This document shows, one piece after another, positions 51,801-60,900 of a stretch of DNA of 64,000 nucleotides; within the stretch, counting starts at the first letter, position 1; every line of letters begins with the position of its first letter. This stretch comes from Lingula anatina (lineage: Eukaryota > Animalia > Brachiopoda): positions 12,272,587-12,336,586 of the forward strand of contig CM120648.1 of NCBI GenBank assembly GCA_051362555.1, in the 5' to 3' direction. The translations under genes were made by a program, and so were the position numbers. The notes under the pieces are model-generated. The model worked only from the letters and a program-made list of their open reading frames with translations. It was not told the origin of the DNA and ran no database searches.

Positions 51801-54800
51801 AATCTCGGCTCCATTGGGACGACACATGGGGAGGCGTGTGAGAGGCAGAGAGACTATTAAAAGATTAGGTGGTTTTACTTTCATGTACGTCCGCCATATT
51901 TAGTCCCCAGGATTCTGGCTCAACTCGTTGTAAATGCGATCGTTCTCTCTCTGTGCGTGTTTGTACATATCCACCCCCCCCCCCCCCCCCGGACTTGCAC
52001 ACCCATGTATATGTGCTTAGTGCCAGCGCACGATTTCAACCGTTTGACATTAACACAGAGGAAGGGGTGGGAGTAAACAGCCCTCTTATTACTTCAATAT
52101 TCTAGACCTTTCTATAAAATACTCGCATTTCATTCAAAGTCTGAACGCAGCACCTTCAAAAGGTTTCAAATGTATTTCTCAGCAATTAATTTATCAGCAT
52201 TAAGGAAGCTCATTTTTCAATGTAGGCGTTCATCCCCATAAAAAAAAGCTCAACATTGAAAGCAAAACAGACTTAACAATTAAATACAATACATATCAAT
52301 ATCTTTCATCAAAGAAGAAAAACACTATATCCTGGAATGGAGGTTGTGGGATGTACTGGTACCGAACAGGGATGAAGTCACCTCCCAACTCCTAAAAATC
52401 TTTCAATACAAAATATAACACCCATTTTCCCCACCTATTATTGTCTGGCTCAGAAATAACAGGTCTGACGAATGCACATCGTGTGTTGGACTTAATCCAA
52501 ATAAGTCATTATAAAATATAGATCTCAAACCCAACAACCACAAACACGAAAGCCGAGAAATACTCAACAGAAGACTTACATGGACATTAAAATGGATAAA
52601 AGCTTTCACTTTGCGCTCTGAGGGATCCATGTAGTAAAATCAATAAGCAGTAGAGCAATAAATAATCCACCGCTGATTGGAGACAGAGGATCAAAAGGAC
52701 AACACTGGCTTTATGGTCTTAAATATTATGTTTTAGGGTTGCCATGGAAACGGATTTCTATCCTGCCCCGGTGGCCTCGCCAGAGAGATTTCTCCTGAGA
52801 CAGAAGCATCTCCCTGGGGTAGGGGAGATAAATGCAGAATGTGCAACTGGAAACTTTTCCATTCACTGGACCGAAAAAAAAAAAATAAATAAAAATAAAA
52901 AAATGTGCAATTTTATGAACGTAAGTACATTTGCCCTGTGTAGGACACATTCAAAAGACATCACCTACTGAAAAGCACTATCACTTTGAACAAGAACTCC
53001 ATGTAACATCTACAATTCCATGCCATTCGTGTAACAGACAGACTAGACATAGCTCGCCTTGTAACCAATTCTCCCAGGAGGTTTACCCAATGCAATAAAA
53101 TCAATAATGTTTTATGGAAACAAAAGGCGGTAATATTGCTTAAAAACCAGTGGGGTCAAAGTTGATTACAATACTTCTAAGGTGTGTATAAGACAGTAAT
53201 GGCTGTCCACAACAGGAGAACAATTATAATTGTACAAATACTCAGGGCAAAAGGGTTAGTTTTCAACTGAAGACCCACTGAAGTCCAAGCTCACCCTTGC
53301 GAGGCAAAACTGACTGCAAAACTGTCTGAACACATTGGCAATGGAACCTATTCAATGCTAGATCGTCTCTGTTTATTAGATTCATCAATTAGATATAAAT
53401 AAGACTCAGTTTACTATATGCTGGAATGATGCCAGACCAGTTTAATTATCTCTCAGGTATTCCTTGTACTATACAAAGAACACAGAATCATCCTAATTCT
53501 CACATTATTTCATTGTGACTGTCACTCAATGATACGAGGAAAACAGGTATTAGCTGCGGTTACGTAACCGATTCCCACACGACAAAAACATCTCTTCCAG
53601 CAGAAAATCCACAAGTAATTATCTTCCTTGTACAGCTGAGTGGTTCTACACCACCAACAACCATTTCATTTACACCTTGGCAACACTCCACACCTGCAGA
53701 GCCTCACTTTCTACACAAAGAAAACACCCAACACCACGTAACTGGGGCACGGAGTGCACCTGTCCCTAAACTAGGGGTTATATATTAAATGCTTACTCAA
53801 TCAGGTCAATATCAAACTAGCACGGTCGACACACACAAAAAAACATGAATCTAAGTAAATCACAATATTTCTACTTTCCTTCAGATAGACATCCAATCTG
53901 CTGAGAGTATAAACAGATAGCTACACACCATAACTGAACAAGGGGGGGGGGGGTTGAAACCAGTCCAGAAAACTCACATGTGAGTTCTTTCTCTGTGCCA
54001 TGACGTCATTCAAGGAAGGGAAAAGAAAAGCAATCAAAACAATTCACACTTACTTGGTAACGCTGCGGCGGTGGCCCCGGCCTGTCCTGGGTAATTTCTG
54101 AACATGGTGGTCAAGGAGTGAACATCTCGAAACTGGTGGCCAGCTGGTGACCATTAGTTAACAAAATCACAGAAAAAAAAATCCACAAAATTCTCTCGTG
54201 TACACACAGACAAAGCCTTGTGTTCATGAAGTTGCTATATTTAGAAGCTGAGGTCACATGACATATACAGCACACAACAGGTCTTACTGGACTGATGAAA
54301 TTTAAGCACAGCTGTGTGCTGGTATAAAGCAGCATGCCAGGGTCTATTGTGTGCTAAGGTCACCAGTAAATGGAAACCTTCACATGAACATTGAGGTGCA
54401 TTGTTAGGAATCACAAAGGATTTTCCCTGGCCACAAATTACAGTAAACTTTAACACAAAAGAGGCAGAAATGAATAAGCAGAAAAACATACTTATCTACC
54501 ACAGATACATTACAATCTTATCATTATCATACAAATCTCTCGCACCACCCTTGCCTCAAAGAACCCAACTAAGGTGATAACCATCTCACAGTGTATTAAA
54601 AAGACTTATTAACTGGCACAGTACATGCCATGCACAAATATATCTACACAGGTATATATACAAATGGGAGATGGAACTACTGGTATACTGTAATTAATTT
54701 CCTGTTTATTCTATATAAAAGACTTATTAACTGGCACACTACATAACATGCTCAAGTGTATCTACACAGGTATATATACAACTAGGAGATGGTATACTAT

Positions 54801-54891
54801 AATTAACTTCCTGTTCATTCTATATAAAATATGTATCTTAAGGATGGAATTTACAGACTCAGAAAGAAGAAACGTGCATGAATGTGTATGC

Positions 54892-54938
<47 letters not shown>

Positions 54939-57900
54939 GACAAATATTTTAACATGTCATGAAAATAAATCATAATTACTAATCAGTCTAATGTAATAAA
55001 ACTGAAAGAAGGACTGTAATCTAATAGTCTTAAACACTCAGTAATAATGAAAAGATAACAATAAAGGAATTTCCAAGCAAGAATTAGCCAAATCAAATGA
55101 CATTCCACATTAGATTTTTAACATCAATATAATTCACTAATGACATTAATGTGTTGAAATAAACATCTTCAAAGCATGTTTCTAAATCTGTGGGCCATCT
55201 ATTAACATACTTCCAGCAGATCAATACATTTTTTTTTGAGATGGCTCTGCCATCTTTACTGGATGTAGAACTTGCCAGAAAATATATCAAAATACAGTGT
55301 GTGTGTGTGTGTGTGTGTGTGTACATTTTTTAAAATTTTCATTTTTGGACATTCAACATCACAATTTGAAAATTTCTCAGTGATCTGGTAGTATGCAAGC
55401 AGCAACTCTCATAGTGGCATAAACTGCACCAGTTGCTGTTGTCCAGTCTGTTTGGACTGGTCACCATAATACTGGCCATGTACCGGTCATGACACTGACT
55501 CAATAAATCAATAGCATCAACCCAGGGCACCAGAGTCAACATAACACAGCTTTGTTGTCAACAAGACGTTTCCCCATGTATCACAGGTCACCACTCAAAC
55601 TAAGGCATACGAACTAGATCATTTGAAATCAATTTTTTTTTCTGAAGAGGAACAGCAGTGAACATGGAAGTGGGTCACTTGTTGTATAACAGGTGAGCAG
55701 ACAATTGTCATCTCTTCTTCCTCTCTGGCCATAGCAATTTCTGTGTATTAAAAATTGAAAAAAAAAAAAAAAAAAAAAAAAATCCTACTTAAAATATTTG
55801 GCACAAGGACAGCAATCTATTACATAGACCATCTCTGCGCTAAAAATAAAATTCTTGAAATATTTGCTGCTAGTATTACGAAAGCGGAAAATATGACAGT
55901 TTATCTCTGGCGAAAAACCACAAGGCTGTGTGTGTCCTTTTAATGTGCAATTTCTAACATGAGGGGGAAACCACCAGAGTGCGGAGATCAAATATCCAGA
56001 CTATTTCAACTCCTAGGGGGCACTCAGAACAAGGTGATCCGCGAACTAACAGATCTTCTGATCACATATGGAACCAACCACTTGTAATGCAGGCCTACCC
56101 AACTACCAGACTCGGCACCAAACGATCCAGAAATCACCGGTAGATCAGACCACACTACCTGTTTTCAAGGTATGTATCAGATCGCATTACACAGTATCAT
56201 ACCCTGAACAAATTTTGAGTGGTGATGCAATGCTTTTCAACCCCGCTAAGAATCGTCACTATCATCATCGTTTACTAGGCAAGAGTGGTGTTGCGTCTGA
56301 TACTGTGTAATACGATCTGATACACACCTTGAAAACGGGTAGTGTGGTCCGATTTACCGGTGAATTCTGGATCATTCCGTACCGAGTCTGGTAGTTGGGT
56401 AGGCCTGTAATGGTGCCGAGATTTAATTGCTTTTCCCCGCTGAGACGGTGCGTGTGGGAGGCAGGAATCCACCGTCAAGTGCGCACCATATTTGACACGC
56501 GGACTAGTTAGCCTGTTGATCAACTTTGTTGCACCAATACTCCCCAAGACTACTTTGGTGTACCAGTGGACTGTCGAACATGATGATTTTACATATGACC
56601 CCAGAGCATCGAGGACGAGGACAGCACAGTGTACCAAGTTAAGGCCAGTTTTACAAAACTTTACCACAAATGTTGGTCTGAATTTAAACTACTTCAGAAA
56701 ATCCACTTATGTGATATTTAATATTGGTTTGTAAACTCGGCATGGATTTCCTTCAAAGGGGGCAGCATTTCCTTTTAATACAACCATACTACCCACACAT
56801 CTTAGGTCTCAGTATTTAATTTTAAGTCTACTAAGTATAGACCATACTTCAGACTAAAATTCTTTGGCTAAACAGGTTCCAGGGATATAAATAAAGGGTC
56901 AGCCGAGGACGAGGGAAGATTATCGAGTGTTCACCTGTGCCATGATGGCGAGGACACAGCAGGTCACACTACCAGGAATCAATCTGCCATTACTAGGAGT
57001 ATCTCGGAAATGACAGATGGTCAAATAACACTGCCTGCAAGATATAGGGACACAAAACTTGACCCATGTTTTCATACACCCCGAGGATCAAGTTTTTGGC
57101 AGAGACAACTGCACAGGGTGGCTTACTTTGATAAAGGAAGAAGTATCAAGTGATCTTTGACCCTCAGGGTGGGAAATAGCACCAATTTCATTTAATAAAC
57201 ATATTAGATTGACAAGATGAAACTCTCATGCCAGAGATCTTCTTGATAAAAACAATTCCCAACTTAAATCTCAGGTGGCTAATCAACTGTGCATTATCAA
57301 AGTAAAAATCATTTCCTTTCCAAAATGATTTTTCTTAGACTTTTTCTAAATATTGATTAGTTATCACTTTTGCCTAACAATTGCTTCTGTTTACAGAATT
57401 GGCTCATGTAAGCTTGGGCCAACATCACCGAGATGCCCCGACTTGTTGGTTTATGTTCTTTTAGCCAGGGACGAGTAGATCATGTCAAGGTGCACATATA
57501 TGTTATTGTATTCAGTCATTATCAAGTTGGATAAAGAAATTCTGTATCTTACGTACGGATAAGTTTTCTTCAAAGAATAGCAAGTAAAAAAAAAAAAAAA
57601 AAACTTGTTGACTTCAATAAAACCCTGATTATTATTTTTTTCATTATCTGAGATTTTCATTTCAAGTTATAATGTAATTTGGAAAAACAGTTTCTGTGAT
57701 TAAATATGGATAAGGAAGATCAAATGAACACGCTCACGTTTCTTCAATTTTTTCTCAGGTTGTGTAAAAAAATGGATATTCATATTTTAATTGTTTAAGG
57801 AAGAAACATTCCTCTTTCATCGCAGCTAATGATCTCAACCCCACATAATTTTCAATTTGGATTCCCTTAGCTACACGATAAATCTGAACCAATTCATCTA

Positions 57901-60900
57901 TTTAAAAAAATTCCTATTTCAACTTCCTCACGATCACTCATCCGACCATGAAGTCGATAACACAAGATAACATCAGCAGAGAAGGGAGGATCACCATTTG
58001 CATCCCCACAGGAAGTCTTGGCTCTCCAGAGAGGGCTCTGATATTCATCATTACAAGACATACTATGTAAAATATAGCTTTTCAACCAATGCAGCATATT
58101 TTATTAACAAGCTCATCAGGGACATGCTGAAATGATGATAAATAGCATAACTGTAGCCATGGATTTTCCTACCTTCCTTTTTACTGCCTGTCCTCAGATT
58201 TAAAAACACTCTTAATCATTTTGTAAGATTAAGAAAAAAAAAACATTTGTTAAAATTGCACTTGAAAGATCACAAAGTAACAATAAAAGAAGTTCATTTC
58301 TACTCATAATAAGTTTGGCCGTGTTAAGGAATATTTTCTAGATATTACCTTAAGTAAGCATTACTGGGCGCCTTTCAGTTTGATTTCACCATCGGTGACC
58401 GCAAGTACTACATTTAAAATCATCAAGAAAATCAAGTGATTTCATTTTTCCTTTCAAAACCAAGTTTTTCACTAAAAACTGCCTAGTTGTTGGACTGTCA
58501 CAGACATCACAAACCTACTAGGTAAAATATAGTCATCTTTGCGTGAAAAATATTTTGCGAAACATTTCTGCAAATACCCGTGCAATTAATAAAACTCAAA
58601 ATCGTTTCACTTGCAGATCTCTTCAATACAGGTTTATTCTCTCTAGGATAATATTTCATTCTCCTATTTTTTTTTTTTTCTGAAAATGGATAATTCTTCC
58701 ATCCTCATCTATCCCAGCCCATTCATTCAAATAGATCTTATTTCCCCACAATATATTGAGATAGATTTCTACCAGTCAGCTTTGCTAAACATTTAACTAC
58801 CCAGACAGACATAGAAATGCCTCTGACCCTCTCCCTTGAGTTCACTTCCTTGGTCTCTCAAAACGAATTGTCTCTTATTGATTTCCACCATCATAAACTG
58901 CCTCCTGTCTGTGTTACATACTATTATACCCAAGTATGCCTTCTGTTCCGCTTATTACTCAACAATTACCTCCTGGTGAATCCATCAGTTTAAAATGCCT
59001 TCTGACTACATTACATATTATAACACAATGAATTGGACAGGCACTGCAGCCATAGCGACTTCCATCTCGATTACTTTTAATGTGTTGGAAAATGGGTTCC
59101 ATACATTTACAGTTTAAAAGGACAATATTTTGTATGAAATGATTATACCATTTGATTTTCAATTATTGAAAGAAAAAAAAAAAAAAAAAAAAAAAAAAAC
59201 GAAAGATAATACCTGTTGCAGGTAAAAAAAAAAGACGTAATTTAATACAAGATGCATGCAAATAACAGTAGCACGTGGCCGTGTATATGCACACCACACA
59301 TGCCAACTACCCATCTTCCTGTTGCTAAATTTCACTTGAACCACAAAAACATCACTGCATCTTGTTGAAAAATATGTCACAAGATCATAGGTACAAAAAA
59401 GCCAATATAAACATAACAGTTTGTTTTTTTATTTGTTCTTTTTTATGTCTTCTGCTACTTGTCATGCTTACAAAATCTTAGTTGGGAAACCTTTCTGTAT
59501 TTTACAAGGTTAGCTGATAACAAAAGACGAGGAAATTTTCAAGAAAAAAAAAATGTTTATCTTTACGAATTGCTATGAGTTCATAAAAACAGGAATATGA
59601 GATAGGATGAAAATTAGCTCCAATAACATTTTTTCAATTATAATGTTTCAAAGTAATTTGATCAAGGTTTTAAATCTTTTTGCAACACAAACTGAAAAAA
59701 AAATGAGTTAATTTCTCATACCACTATAATGGAAAGTGAAAGCTTGTAAAGTACATGATAAATATCAGGCACAGCAAATTAAAACTGTGGCTAAAGAAAA
59801 CATTTCAAGTCCAGAAGATTTCTATTGTGATGAATGAGAAAATAGTCTTTGACATTTTGAACATTTATTATCTCAATGTGACTAGTAAAATAAAAAAAGT
59901 CCAAGATGCAGAATCCTTAACAAACAAGCTTGCACCAATCAGAAGTTCAATTACAACAAAAAACTCTAGCAATAAAAACACAAAAAATGCTGCACAAATA
60001 TAATTTCCAATTACTCATGGACTGCAACTCAGTGACTACCTTTTGTCTGATATTGCTGTCAACCTAGATCTCTTTCACAACAGATGTCCCCCTGATTTAC
60101 TGTTCCGCGGACTAAATATGGCCGACCGTACCAAAAAGCAATATCGAATTATCCCTTAATGGTCTCTTCGCTTCCACATACGCCTTCCCTGCAGGGGCAT
60201 AGCAATTTAACCTTGAAGCCCAAATGTAATCTGTGTGCAGGGAGACATTACTAGTAAGGATCAGGCAGTTTTGCTTTCATGAAGGGTCTGCCATATTTGA
60301 TCCACAGATCAGTAGATCCGAGGCTCATCTGTTCAGAATGTGACCATAATCTATGTCTCCACCACATATACACTGGGAGAGACGGCCACCAGAGACTATA
60401 TCTACTCCTGCTGTTATCATTTCGTACCAATTTATCTTCCATTATGTGATAATTCAGGCAGTTTAGGTACTCTACTCACAATGGCCAGTGTCATGAGAGG
60501 CTTTGTTCTATTATTCTCAGTTATCATATCAAGTCTTTGGGACATCTGAATGCTTTAATTAGTAATTTGACAAGACCATCACCCCCCCCCCCCCCCCCCG
60601 TCAGGGGCAGATCCAGATATATTTTCCCCGAGTCTGCAAAACTATCTTTGTTGATCCAAACTCCTTTTTTGACCATCTTCTGACAGAAAAAAATTAAATG
60701 CCCCTCAATGTAAACTTGAAAAATTCTGACTGTCATCCAGCAGAACCAAAAGATGGCTTCCACCCCCTCCCCCACCCAAAATGCACACACATGTGGATAC
60801 TTAGGAAGTGCAAAGGTATGAAGTTAAAAAGAGACAAAGGACAATTCAAGGTTTCCTTGTTATCATATTCCTTTCTCTCACATAATCAAGTTCATGGATG

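Noticed and set aside
54054-54110. Alternative frame [13 protein letters not shown], or readthrough of the MFTP stop, as the real coding frame
   Set aside because: Phase 0 does not fit the next exon (phase 1); the U12 join gives the consistent frame.
56068-56734. ORFs with GLPNYQTRH similarity to 12816-13030
   Set aside because: The similarity comes from shared TIR DNA, not from a protein family; no transposase motif is seen.
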